The notes under the pieces: generated by a model
Told to the model about the DNA's origin: nothing
Seen by the model: the letters and a program-made list of their open reading frames with translations, nothing else
Database searches by the model: none
NCBI GenBank assembly: GCA_963514005.1
Contig: OY740783.1
Location: 79,050,001 to 79,114,000 of the forward strand
From: Raja brachyura
Taxonomy: Eukaryota
Length of the DNA: 64,000 bases
Direction: 5' to 3'
Shown here: positions 48,441-59,329 of the stretch, one piece after another
Position numbering within the stretch: the stretch's first letter is position 1
Layout: every line of letters starts with the position of its first letter
Position numbers and translations under genes: made by a program

Positions 48441-50025
48441 CAGTCCTTGCGAAAGTATTCATACCCCTTGAACCTTTCCACATATTGTCACGTTACAATC
48501 ACAAACGTAAATGTATTTTATTGGGATTTTATGTGATAGACCAACACAAAGTGGTGCATAATTGTGAAGTGGAAGGAAAATGATACATGGTTTTCAAATT
48601 GTTTTACAAATAAAAAACTGAAAAGTGTGGCGTGCAAAAGTATTCAGCTCCCTTAACTCTGATACCCCTAAATAAAATCCAGTGCAACCAATCGCCTTCA
48701 GAAGTCACCTAATTAGTAAATAGAGTCCACTTGCATGTAATCTAATCTCCGTATAAATACAGCTGTTCTGTGAAGGCCTCAGAGGTTTGTTAGAGAACAT
48801 CAGTGAACAAACAGCATCATGAAGCCCAGGGAACACACCAGACAGGTCAGGGATAAAGTTGTGGAGAAGTTTAAAGCAGGGTTAGGTTATAAAAAAATAT
48901 CCCAAGCTTTGAACATCTCACGGAGCACTGGTCAATCCATCATCCGAAAATGGAAAGAGTATGGCACAGCTGCAAACCTACCAAGACATGGCCGTCCATC
49001 TAAACTGACAGGCCGGGCAAGGAGAGCATTGATCAGAGAAGCAGCCAAGAGGCCCATGGTAACTCTGGAGGAGCTGCAGAGATCCACAGCTCAGGTGGGA
49101 GAATCTGTCCACAGGACAACTATTAGTCGTGCACAAATTTGGCCTTTATGGATGAGTGGCAAGAAGAAAGCCATTGTTGAAACAAAGCCATAATAAGTCC
49201 CGTTTGCAGTTTGCCACAAGCCATGTGGGGGACACAGCAAACATGTGGAGGAAGGTGCTCTGGTCTGATGAGACCAAAATTGAAATTTTTGGCCTAAATG
49301 CAAAACGCTATGTGTGGCGGAAAACTAACACTGCACGTCACCCTGAATACACCATCCCCACTGTGAAACATGGTGGTGGCAGCATCATGCTGTGGGGATG
49401 CTTTTCTTTAGCAGGGACAGGGAAGTTGGTCAGAATTGATGGGAAGATGGATGGAGCCAAATACAGGGCAATCTTGGAAGAAAACCTGTTAGAGTCTGCA
49501 AAAGACTTGAGACTGGGGCGGAGGTTCACCTTCCAGCAGTTCAACGACCCTAAACATACAGCCAGAGCTACAATGGAATGGTTTAGATCAAAGCATATTC
49601 ATGTGTTAGAATGGCCCAGTCAAAGTCCAGACCTAAACCCAATCGCGCATCTCTGGCAAGACTTGAAAAATCTGACTGAGCTCGAGCTATTTGGCAAAGT
49701 AGAATGGGCAAAAATTTCAGTCTCTAGATGTGCAAAGCTGGTAGAGACATACCCCAAAATACTTGCAGCTGTAATTGCAGCCAAAGGTGGTTCTACAAAG
49801 TATTGACTCAGGGGGGCTGAATACTTTTGCACGCCACACTTTTCAGTTTTTTAATTTGCAATAAAATTTGGAAACCATATATCTTTTTCCTTCCCTTTCA
49901 CAATTATGCACCACTTTGTGTTGGTCTATCACATAAAATCACGATAAAATACATTTATGTTTGTGGTTGTAACGTGACAAAATGTGGAACAGTTTAAGGG
50001 GTATGAAAACCTTTGCAAGCCGCTG
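48441..50025 (+). mobile_element. Tc1/mariner DNA transposon with long IR/DR termini (Passport-like)
   Basis: TA TSDs at 48439-48440 and 50026-50027; ~210-bp inverted repeats beginning CAGTCCTTGCGAAAGTATTCATACCCCTT; inner DR AAAAGTATTCAGC; L1 frame FWSD|IFDIF rejoins on removal. Confidence 0.95.
48819..49806 (+). pseudogene. Tc1 DD34E transposase, inactive
   Basis: Paired-like HTH with GRP motif, WSDETK, FQQFNDPKH (D to F), SPDLNPIAHLW (E to A), GGSTKY end; frameshift near 49140. Confidence 0.92.
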
Positions 50026-50703
50026 TATATTTGATATATTTACAAAGCTCTTCAAGTCAAGAATAGAACCAAATATGGAATGGATTATATTTGGAATAAT
50101 AGTAGAAGATATCAAGTTAAACATAGACCAAAAAGTATTTATTAATTATGGATTAATAATTGGAAAGAAATTGATACTTACATTTTGGAAAAATACAGCT
50201 ATACCAACTATTAAAATGTGGATTAGTAATATGACGGACATAGCTCACCTTGAAGAAATGAGACTCCACCTAATAGATAAATATGACCAATTCTTAAGGA
50301 GTTGGTCCCCTTTTATTGACTTTTTGGAATCATGTGATGCAGCAGTACCATAAACATTACTGATTTCAGGTCAGGTCATGGGTAGAATTACATCTCTGAA
50401 CAAAGATTTGAACATTTTCTTTTTTTAAGGGTCTTTTTCTCCTATTTCTACTTTCTACTTTTTATTTTCTTATATACACACTTCACGTTTTTCTATTTTC
50501 TACTATCTATTTTTCCTCTTTCTTCTCTCCATTTCTTGTCTTTTTTTATTTCCTTTTCAAAAACATAAAACTAGAGGTTGTACATAGAATGTATTACGTT
50601 ATGACATAGTTGGCACCTAAAATTAGGTGCCACTGTATTGTTTTGTACTGTATTAACTTCTAATAAAATAAACCAAACAAAAAGAAAAAGGAAAAGGAGA
50701 AAT

Positions 50704-51370
50704 GGATAGCAAAAGAGAGATCCAGCAGGCCAAGTGTAAATGTTCAGCCAAATGATCACTGAGTCTACACTTGGTCTCATTGATGTACAGGAGGACACAT
50801 CAGGAAATCCAGATGTAGTAGATGAGGTAACATCAGGTGCACGTGAACCTCTGTCACCTGGAAACACTGTTGCGGTCATGGGATGGATGTGAGGGAGGAG
50901 ACAGGTGTTAAATCTCCTGTGAAATAGGAGATGGTTTTCCGCCAGTTTGTGTCTAGCCTCACTGACAATGAAGGATGCCCAGAACAGAAATGTCAGTGTA
51001 TGAATGGGAAGCGGGTTGAAATGGTTAGCAACCAGAAGATCCAGGTGGCCTTGGCGGACCAAGCACAAGTTTTCAGCAAAACGTTTGCCGAGCCTACGCT
51101 TGGTCACACTTATATACAGGAGGCCACATCAGGAACGCTGGATGCAGTAGATGAGGTTAGAGGAGGTGCATGTGAACCTCCGTCTTAACTGGAAAGACAG
51201 TTGAGGTCCCTGGATGGAGGCGAGGGAGGAGGTATAGGGACAGGTGATTGCAGAGGAAAGTTCCTGAGGTGCGGGTGGTTTTGTTGGGAAGGGATGAATG
51301 AACCAAGCAGCTGTGGAAGGAACGGTCTCTGAGGAAGGTGGAGAGGGATGGGGTTGGTAAGATATAACTT
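50704..51370 (-). mobile_element. Penelope-like GIY-YIG fragments (two tandem pieces)
   Basis: TKRRLGKRFAENL...VANHFN...ARHKLAENHLLF; FLRDRSFHSCLVHSSLP. Confidence 0.8.
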
Positions 51371-51699
51371 ACCATATGACTTTGATTAGTACAGGTGCCA
51401 GAACCTAAAAACATGGAGGAAATTCCTCTATATTAAAAGTAAGTTGGAGTATCAATGTTGTTACCATATCTACTGACAAATACTGTGAGCAAGTGAAAGA
51501 AAGAGTGGGCAGTTGTATCATATTTGTTATCTCAAGGTTGCTTTTGATACTCTTATGCCTGTACATATGATAATCCTATTGTTTTACACAGTTTAACACA
51601 GCTCACCTTAAAATTGTAATCTGGGTAGCCAAGAGGGAATATCATCTGGAAATTTTACAGATCATTTAGAGAAGCTTATTTGAATAATTTTAAAGATCA

Positions 51700-52019
51700 T
51701 GGGTGGTATAGAGTCTCTGCCTTAAAGCACCTGAAACCCTGGTTCCATCCTGACTACGGGTGCTGTACGGGTGCATGGAGTTTGTACGTTCTCCCTGTGA
51801 CCTGCGTGGGTTTTCTCCGGGTGCTCTGGTTTCTTCCCACACTCCAAAGATGTACAGGTTTGTAGGTTAATTGGCTTCGGTAAAAATAGCAAATAGCAAA
51901 TAGCAAAATAGCAAATTGTCCCTGGTGTGTAGGATAGTGTTAGTGTGCAGCGATCGCTAGTCTGCATAGACTCCATGGGCCAAAGGGCCTGTTTCTGCGC
52001 TGTATCTCTAAACTAAACT
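51700..52019 (+). mobile_element. V-SINE/HE1-type SINE with internal (AATAGCA)n expansion
   Basis: ggttccatcctgactacgggtgctg...gggcctgtttctgcgctgtatctctaaactaaac. Confidence 0.85.
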
Positions 52020-52225
52020 GAATCATACTTGAAAAGCAGTTAAGATGCAACTAGTGTTAGATTGATGGTCCATACTGTATCAGTTTTCCCTTAAAGATTG
52101 AGTGTGTGATAATGTTGACTGGCTACATTAACGTACTGCTGTACTTACCCTCACAAGACCTATTAGACCTTTTGAAAAATATGTCAAACATATAATAAGT
52201 GATTGATAATGACAAACGTTATATA

Positions 52226-53947
52226 GATTTTAACTTTTAACTGTCCCATGCACCAATTAAGGTACAGTGATATTTGAGTTACCATACAGTAGGTATGTTA
52301 CAAAACTTACCTTTACCGGCGCTGCACTTCTGCCGCTCCCCGTGTGCGTGACTTTCGCGCCTTGCAAGGACAGATCGGACGAAACGATCAATGTCGGGCG
52401 ATTTGGTTGCTGAAGAAAAATCGCTCCGACATTTCATGAATGGTGGTATTTTTAAATTACTCTACATTATTTATTAACTAGAGTAATTTAAAAATCACCT
52501 TCAAAAGCCGTGACCGCAGACAACCGGAAGCATTTTCCGTAGGGGAGAAAAAAAGGTAAATACTTTATTTTTATATTAAAAGTTGGTTTTTCGGGAGGCA
52601 TTAATAATATTTTTATGTTGCGAAATGGGGTCCCCAAAAAATGTATGAACCCCCAGTAATTTTCCCCCCGACTTCACAGCAAACCACAACGTTCTAATAC
52701 ACTGCATTCTACTAAAACCCACTCGCTAGTTGATTTAAATGGCCGTTAATTTACAGGCATAAAACACTAAATTCCTTCCATTTGGCCCAGAAATTCATGA
52801 AAATTAGATTTAAAAATTATGTTATATTGTGGATTATTGTGTGAATGTTATTTGGACACTTAGGCAATTTTAAAAAAGTTTATCTTTTCTTAAGAAATTG
52901 ATAGATGTTTAGATCTACTCATTGAATTTTGTAATTAGCTACAATTAGATAACTAACTAATTATATGCTTTAATTTCAGGTAATCCAAGTAAGATTGTTT
53001 AATATTTGTTTCAGAATGCTTCAATCTATAATAACTGAAAATTTCATTGAGTTCTCTTAATTTTTAAGAAAGTTATAGGCTTTTAACTGTTCTAGATCAC
53101 AGCTTTTGAGTTAAGTCAATTGAAAGGCAATGGGGAACAAGATGCTAATTTCCGAGTATGAAAATGGTCATAACCTTCTTAATACTGAAGATATGAAAGT
53201 AAATTAGGTGTCAAATTAAACTTCTTTTTATGCTTTATCTGATGGGATAAATTGCAGACTTGATTTTTAAAATCTCAAAATTTTGTAACATTGCTACATA
53301 CAGCCATACAAGTAAAAAAGAGCACAATACACAATAAATTTAACATAAACATCCTCCGCAGTGGAATCAACATTCCTCACTGTGATGGAAGGTAATAAAG
53401 TAGTCATATTCCTCCTTTGTTCACCCGTGGTGGACAGGGCTTTTGAGCCCTCAGCACTGCCTCTGGAGTTGGTCCGCTGTTCAAGCCCACTCGTCGGGAT
53501 GATAGAAAGTCTGGCGTCGGGACAGATCGGAACACTCCGCGGCATGGAGCTCCCGGGTCAGCCTCTTCTTACAGGAGACCGCGGCTTCACGGTGTTAAAG
53601 TCCGTAGGCCCAGTGGTAGGAGCACTTCCTCAGCGATCCTCGGCAAAGAATCGCCGGCTCCGCGCTTGTGGCTTGAAGCTCTGGGCCAGTCTCCAGTAAA
53701 GGCCGCATCAATCCAAGTTGTTAGGCCGCAGGGGGGGAAGGAGAAAAATAAAAACATCTCCATCGAGGTAAGTGACTGAAAAAGGTTTCCCCCTATTCCC
53801 CCCCCCCCCACCCCCCACACAAAACATACCGAGAAACATTAAAACATACTAAAAATCACAAAAAAATAACAAAAAAAACCCCAACAAATTAAAGACTCTT
53901 AAAAAAAACAAAACAAGTCGAAATGACACACGCGGTGCCACCTGGTG
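52226..53947 (-). mobile_element. Non-autonomous retroposon with Rex1-like tail, copy B (interrupted by the DNA transposon)
   Basis: Homologous to 26636-27402 (ggtacagtga..ttgagtt, cagtggaatca, ggagaccgcggcttc, aggtaagtgactg, ggtgccacc). Confidence 0.65.
52290..53296 (+). mobile_element. Non-autonomous DNA transposon, 7-bp TSD, copy 2
   Basis: Termini TAGGTATGTTACAAAA / TTTTGTAACATTGCTA; TSD CATACAG (52283-52289, 53297-53303). Confidence 0.88.
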
Positions 53948-54080
53948 TAAAATAAGTAAATTCAAATAAAGTAATCAATGACAAAAGTGCCATAATTTAT
54001 ACTGAGGCATGTGATGTAAAGGAAAACCTCATGCCACAGAAATATATTCGATATTCTCGCAGATTATTTTGTCATGTAAA

Positions 54081-54399
54081 GGGCGGCACTGTGGCGCATT
54101 GGTAGAGTTGCCGCCTTACAGCGAATGCAGCGCCGGAGATCTGGGTTCGATCCTGACTATGGTTGCTGTCTATACGGAGTTTGTACGTTCTCTCCCTTGA
54201 ACCTGAATGGGTTTTCTCTGAGATCTTCAGTTTCCTCCCACACTCCAAAGACGTACAGGTATGTAGGTTAATTGGTAAATGTAAAAATAATTGTCCCAAC
54301 TGTGTGTAGGATAGGGTTAATATGCGGGGATCACTGCTCGGTGCGGACTCATTGGGCCGAAGGGCCTGTTTCCGCGCTGTATTTCTAAACTAAACTAAA
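54081..54399 (+). mobile_element. Full-length tRNA-derived V-SINE/HE1-type SINE
   Basis: A box TGGCGCATTGG, B box GGTTCGATCC, central domain, CR1-like 3' end and (CTAAA)n tail. Confidence 0.9.
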
Positions 54400-55349
54400 G
54401 TGATTTTCATTCTTTTAAGGTCAATCCACATGAAGTTCACAATGCACTATGAGAGAGGGAAGGTAGACAACAGCATTCTTAAAATGTGCCTATTTGCTGC
54501 ACAATCCAAAGGAATGACAAACGTTGCCCGTCTGATCAATCAGAGGGAGTCGACGAGATTACGGGATTTTCAGATGCTCTCTACTGAAGAGTAAATCAAT
54601 CCAAGAAACTTTTCATGGAAGGTAATTGCCAATAAATATAATTGTGCTACTCTAAGCTGCTATTTGCGGTTTAAATTCTATGCGTGTTAAAATAAGTGCA
54701 GTCAGGTCCAGACCTATTTCTATACCTAAAGGCATCCAGCAAATGTGTGAAAGCTGCATGCTTCTCTTAAATCACTTTAGACAGGCCAGTTGAATCTACA
54801 TTAACACCATCGTGCAAAAATCTGTAAAATCGGCAAATGTAGGAAGTAATTCTTTAAGTGACAGCAAGGACACTTCCAGGCATTCGTCACAATATTCTAC
54901 CCTACTGCCATGTTACCACCACTGTACAACCAGCAATGAATGCAGTAAGGGCTTCACTTCAACCTTATCTAAGTGCTTTGCACAAGAACAGGCAACAAGT
55001 AGCAAAGATGAAGCATGGATTGAACAGAATGTTATGCTGCATAGTGTTAATATTGAATAATGTAATGCCAGTTGCTGGATTTGGCAGAATAATTACTATT
55101 ACTGACTCGTGACAGTAAGCCATGACTTAAGAATTTCATCAAAAACTTTAACACGTTTCAGATATCTGCTGTGCATCTCCAACATTTTCTATGTTCATCA
55201 TTGCACAAGATTGCCCACAAGTTAAGACTTTCTTCTGCATTCAATTGAAACAACATTTTCTTCTGGAGAATGGGATCGTGAGGGAAAATTAGATTAAACA
55301 TGACTAAATGGCAGAGCAGACGTGATGGGCCAAATGCCCTGATTTAGCT

Positions 55350-55477
55350 TTAAAGAAGGAACTGCAGATGCTGGAGAATCGAGGGTTACACAAAAAGCTG
55401 GAGAAACTCAGCGGGTGCAGCAGCATCTAAGGAGCGAAGGAGATAGGCGACGTTTCGGGTCGAGACCCTTCTTCAGA
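55350..55477 (-). mobile_element. Penelope terminal fragment with intact minimal hammerhead core (55449-55476)
   Basis: Minus strand CTGAAGA A GGGTCTCGACCC GAAACGTC; nearly identical to 58133-58226. Confidence 0.85.
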
Positions 55478-56802
55478 GTATCTACTTACTGAAGAGTCAG
55501 CCAGGAGCTAAATCAGGGACACCCGATCATAAAACTTACATTTTTGCAACTTTGGATGGTGTTTCACATGGATGGACATCTCTACAATGGGAAAATATGT
55601 TTGTCTGATGATCTATGATCTTATGATCTTCTGAAATCTTTCTGTGGTGCATCCTGCATTCAAGACACTTTACCTCCAACACTTGGAAAGATGACTAAGT
55701 GCCAACCATACTTGTTTTTGAATTTTGCATTTGAAATTCTATGACAGAATTTTTTTTAAACAAGCCCTCACATATTCTAATACAAGAAAAATGTAATAAC
55801 CAGGACCAGAGCAACACTTCATATTGTGTACTGCCATGCAATCTTATGAGAATCAGTCATCAAAAACATTAAGAAATGTTGACTTGTCAGAAAAATAGTG
55901 AAATGGTGTGGGCAGAGATGGTAAAGCTCATGATACTTTGCATCTTATCATCCAAATAAATAAAATCCCTTTAAAGTTTTGGATTGAAAATCAAACCCCC
56001 AGAAGGTAGCAACCAATTAAATGTTGGTTCTGCACCACTTAAGTGATTTACAGCAGCACTCCGAAATAAGTAATGCAACTAAATTAATTGACGACCATAG
56101 AATGTCATACATTTACAATACATGGCATACAGTTTGGTTATAATTAGTTACATCATAAATTATGACTAAAATGCTTATTATAACATTTTCCTTAGAATTT
56201 ATTTGATCTGACACTTGTAAAATATTTATATTCAGTTTGCAGAGATATTTACAACTGAACAGTTTGTGCTTCAGGCTACTGACAACCATCATCAGTGCAA
56301 GGGTTTCCACATATATTTAGACATTTATAGTGGATGTGTCACTAAATATTTCAATATTCCTCTGTGAAAAAGCATTGACTAATTAATGGTGGTGGAATGC
56401 TGGATTTCATGTTAAACTAAGTGGAAAAACTGAAAAAGTATAATTCTTGCTGTATCCCATCAGAAATCAAAACGGTGCCACTCCTTGATGTGAAGGAAAT
56501 TGCATGGTGTGAGAATCACTCACATGAAATTACCATTTAGTTGGATGAGTTGAAATTTTGCAGCAGATTGCTCAAAGCAGGATTTCCAGCTATGCTTTGA
56601 CTTATTCCAATTTGTTTTATTACAGTCTCCTTTCTGAAGGTCAAGGATTCGCAATGGAGATTTGAGGGCCAACACTAATACTGCATTGAGGGTGAGCAAC
56701 ATCATTACAGGCACCATCTTTTGCGAGTCATTAAATTAAAACACTGCTAGTACTTTCACTGTGGCATAAAGAACCCTATGATATTATATTAAAGAGCTGC
56801 TG

Positions 56803-57098
56803 GGGGGCACGGTTGTGCAGCGATAGAGTTGCTGCTTTACAGCGTCAGGTTCGATCCTGACCACAGGTGCTTGTCTGTACAGAGATTTGTACGTTCTCCC
56901 CGTGACCTGCATGGGTTTTCTCCGGGATCTCATGTTTTCTCTCACACTCTAAAGATGTTTGTATAATTGGCTTGGTATAATTGTAAATTGTCCCTAGGGT
57001 GTAACGGATAGTGTCAGTGTGCAGGGATCGTTGGTCGCCGCAGATTCGCGGCCGAAAGGTCTGTTTCCACACTGTATCTCCAAACTGAACTAAACCTA
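56803..57098 (+). mobile_element. V-SINE/HE1-type SINE
   Basis: gggcacggttgtgcagcgatagag...ggttcgatcctgacc...aaactgaactaaac. Confidence 0.88.
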
Positions 57099-57739
57099 AC
57101 AGAAGAATTGTGTGCAGTAACCTGGTCAATTCCTAAATCAATGCCTTAAAAACAGCCTCTGGGTTTTAAAATATATTATTGTTTATGGGAGATGGCTGTG
57201 TGCAGATTGAGAGCACATTTGAATTAATCCTTCATTATAATGGGAAACCACCTGAAAGGTATTTCAGAGCTCCACAATGCTCCGGGATGAAGCTGAAGGG
57301 AAAAAATGCCAACAGGTAAGTACATTTTCCTATTCTTCAATGACCTTGCACTGTTTACCAGGTCACCTCATCTAACAGTTATTTCCATTCCTTTATAATT
57401 CATAATCTAGCTTATTTCAAGGAACGTCCACTGTTTTTCTCTTGGATACATTACCATGGTGACAGAAGATAAATCTTTAATGCCTTTAGCTTCCAGGACA
57501 ATCTTAAAAGTTTGTGAACCATGTTCTATGAAGAAATTGCAGACATGAATCAACTGAGGAGTCAGCACAAAATAATCAATTGGTTTCTGAGTATAGCTAA
57601 CATTGTATTTTAGATCACAAAACCTTCAGTTTTTTCACTCGCGGATGTGAAAAAGGCTGACAGCTCTCCTCCAATATACACTTGGTAATGCACACTGAAA
57701 CTCTTTGCTGTAATGAATGATTTTTTTCTTTAAAGAAAA

Positions 57740-57868
57740 TGGATAGGAAAGGTTTTGAAAGATATGGACCAAATGCAGCCAAACGGGATTAGCTTAGATG
57801 GGGCATCTTGGTCGGCATGGACGAGTTGGCCCAAAGAGCTTGTTTATGTGCTGTATGACTATATGACT
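57740..57868 (+). mobile_element. CR1 3' UTR fragment
   Basis: gatatggaccaaatgcag...gggcatcttggtcggcatggacgagttgg...tgtatgactatatgact. Confidence 0.75.
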
Positions 57869-58132
57869 AAGTGCTGTGTGTGAAAGGTCATCATATGACC
57901 TGTGCTAACATTTCAGTTCAGGGGATGGGATGACAGATTCCCAATGTTGAATGTCGCATCTCTCATTGAGATGGGCAATTAATATTCAGCTACATGGGTA
58001 CAATGACATAATTTGATTTCCAACCAGTACCAAAAACTAGTCAGGGCTCCAAAAACAACTTACCATTTATACGTGAAGGAACAAGACAGCAGAAATGCTT
58101 CTGTTTCACCAATCCAATCCCAGGTTCAGTGA

Positions 58133-58803
58133 GTTACACAAAAAGCTGGAGAAACTCAGCGGGTGCAGCAGCATCTAAGGAGCGAAGGAGATAGGCGACG
58201 TTTCGGGTCGAGACCCTTCTTCAGACTGGTCAGGGATCAGGGAAACGAGAGATATAGACAGTGATGTGGAGAGTTAAAGAACAATGAATGAAAGATATGC
58301 AAAAAAGTATCGATGATAAAGGAAACAGGCCATTGTAAGCTGTTTGTAGTGTGAAAATGAGAAGCTAGTGCACTTGGGTGGGGGGGCGGGGGGGGGGGGG
58401 GGGAGATGGAGAAGGAATGTCAGGGCCCAAGGGCTGAGGGAGAGGTGGGGAGGGGGAGGGGGCAGTCTGGGTTAACAGAATTGAGAAAATTCAATGTTTA
58501 AGCCCAGAGGATGCAGACTCCCCAAGCGGAGTATGAGGTGCTGTTCCTCCAACTTGCGGTGTTGCTCACTCTGGCCGTGGAGAGGGCCCAGGACCGAGAG
58601 ATCGGATACTGAATGGGAGGGGGAGTTGTAGTGCTGAGCCACCGGGAGGTCGGCTTGGTCTCACCGATGTAGATCAGCTGGCATCTGGAGCAACGGATGC
58701 AGTAGATGAGGTTGGAGGAGGTGCAGGTGAACCTCTGTCGGACTTGGAATGACTGCTTGGGTCCCTGAATGGAGTGGATGGGGGAGGTGAAGGGACAAGT
58801 ATG
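58133..58803 (-). mobile_element. 5'-truncated Penelope element (GIY-YIG C-terminus plus terminal repeat)
   Basis: YIGETK-type and KLEEQHLILRLG sequence on minus; hammerhead core 58197-58224; TSD CCCAGGTTCAGTGA (58119-58132, 58804-58817). Confidence 0.88.
58197..58224 (-). ncRNA. Minimal type I hammerhead ribozyme motif (Penelope-associated)
   Basis: CUGAAGA-A-[GGGU CUCG ACCC]-GAAAC-GUC; palindromic ACGU in place of helix III; helix I is weak. Confidence 0.6.
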
Positions 58804-59329
58804 CCCAGGTTCAGTGATTTACTTTATTTGACCAGACATTACAGAAATGCTCCTTGACTCTCAGACGAATTGTAGCCCACTATCCAAAGGAAGCCACCTC
58901 TATGAATGGATTGGGCCTGTTTTGCAGGGGCTATAAAACTTAGTCTGATCTATGGCTTGGGTACAGGCTGATTGTACAAGATACGTAACATTGCTTCACA
59001 CCACTTTATCAATTGAAGCATGCAACTAATTACACTGACATATTATTTCAGTGTATTAACTCTATTGGAACTGGAGTACACAAACAGTAGAAATTCTGCT
59101 CATTTTTCTGCAAGTTGTTTTGTTTAATAAAACTACCAGCTACCCTCCAATATCTTAGTGAACAGATGTGTGCAAGACATGGAGACATATTGGTTGTAAT
59201 CCCTTGCAACTAGAGTAACACGTAATGATCTCAGTCTCTGTGATCCATGCAAAATAGTGAACGATTGAACAAATTAATGCTGCCAGTGCTGCTAGATTAC
59301 CGGACAAGTAACCTGTCTGAAGAATTACG

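Larger units (their letters stand above)
45231..50353 (+). pseudogene. L1 ORF2 (APE endonuclease, RT, C-terminal Cys domain), frameshifted and interrupted by Tc1
   Basis: SWNIRG, LQETHL, NIYAPN, GGDFN, KTPGPDGF, RQGCAFSPLLF, LYADD, KYLGIQI, C..C...TH...C motifs. Confidence 0.92.
44703..50689 (+). mobile_element. 5'-truncated L1-clade LINE
   Basis: ORF2 remnants, AATAAA plus A-rich tail at 50662-50689, probable TSD GGAAAAGGAGAAAT (44689-44702, 50690-50703). Confidence 0.9.

Noticed and set aside
54081-54165. tRNA gene
   Set aside because: The A and B boxes are the head of a SINE, followed by the SINE body and tail; no cloverleaf or terminator.
56626-56691. Exon-like segment with strong acceptor and donor
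   Set aside because: Stops in all three frames; it looks like a decayed ancient SINE fragment.
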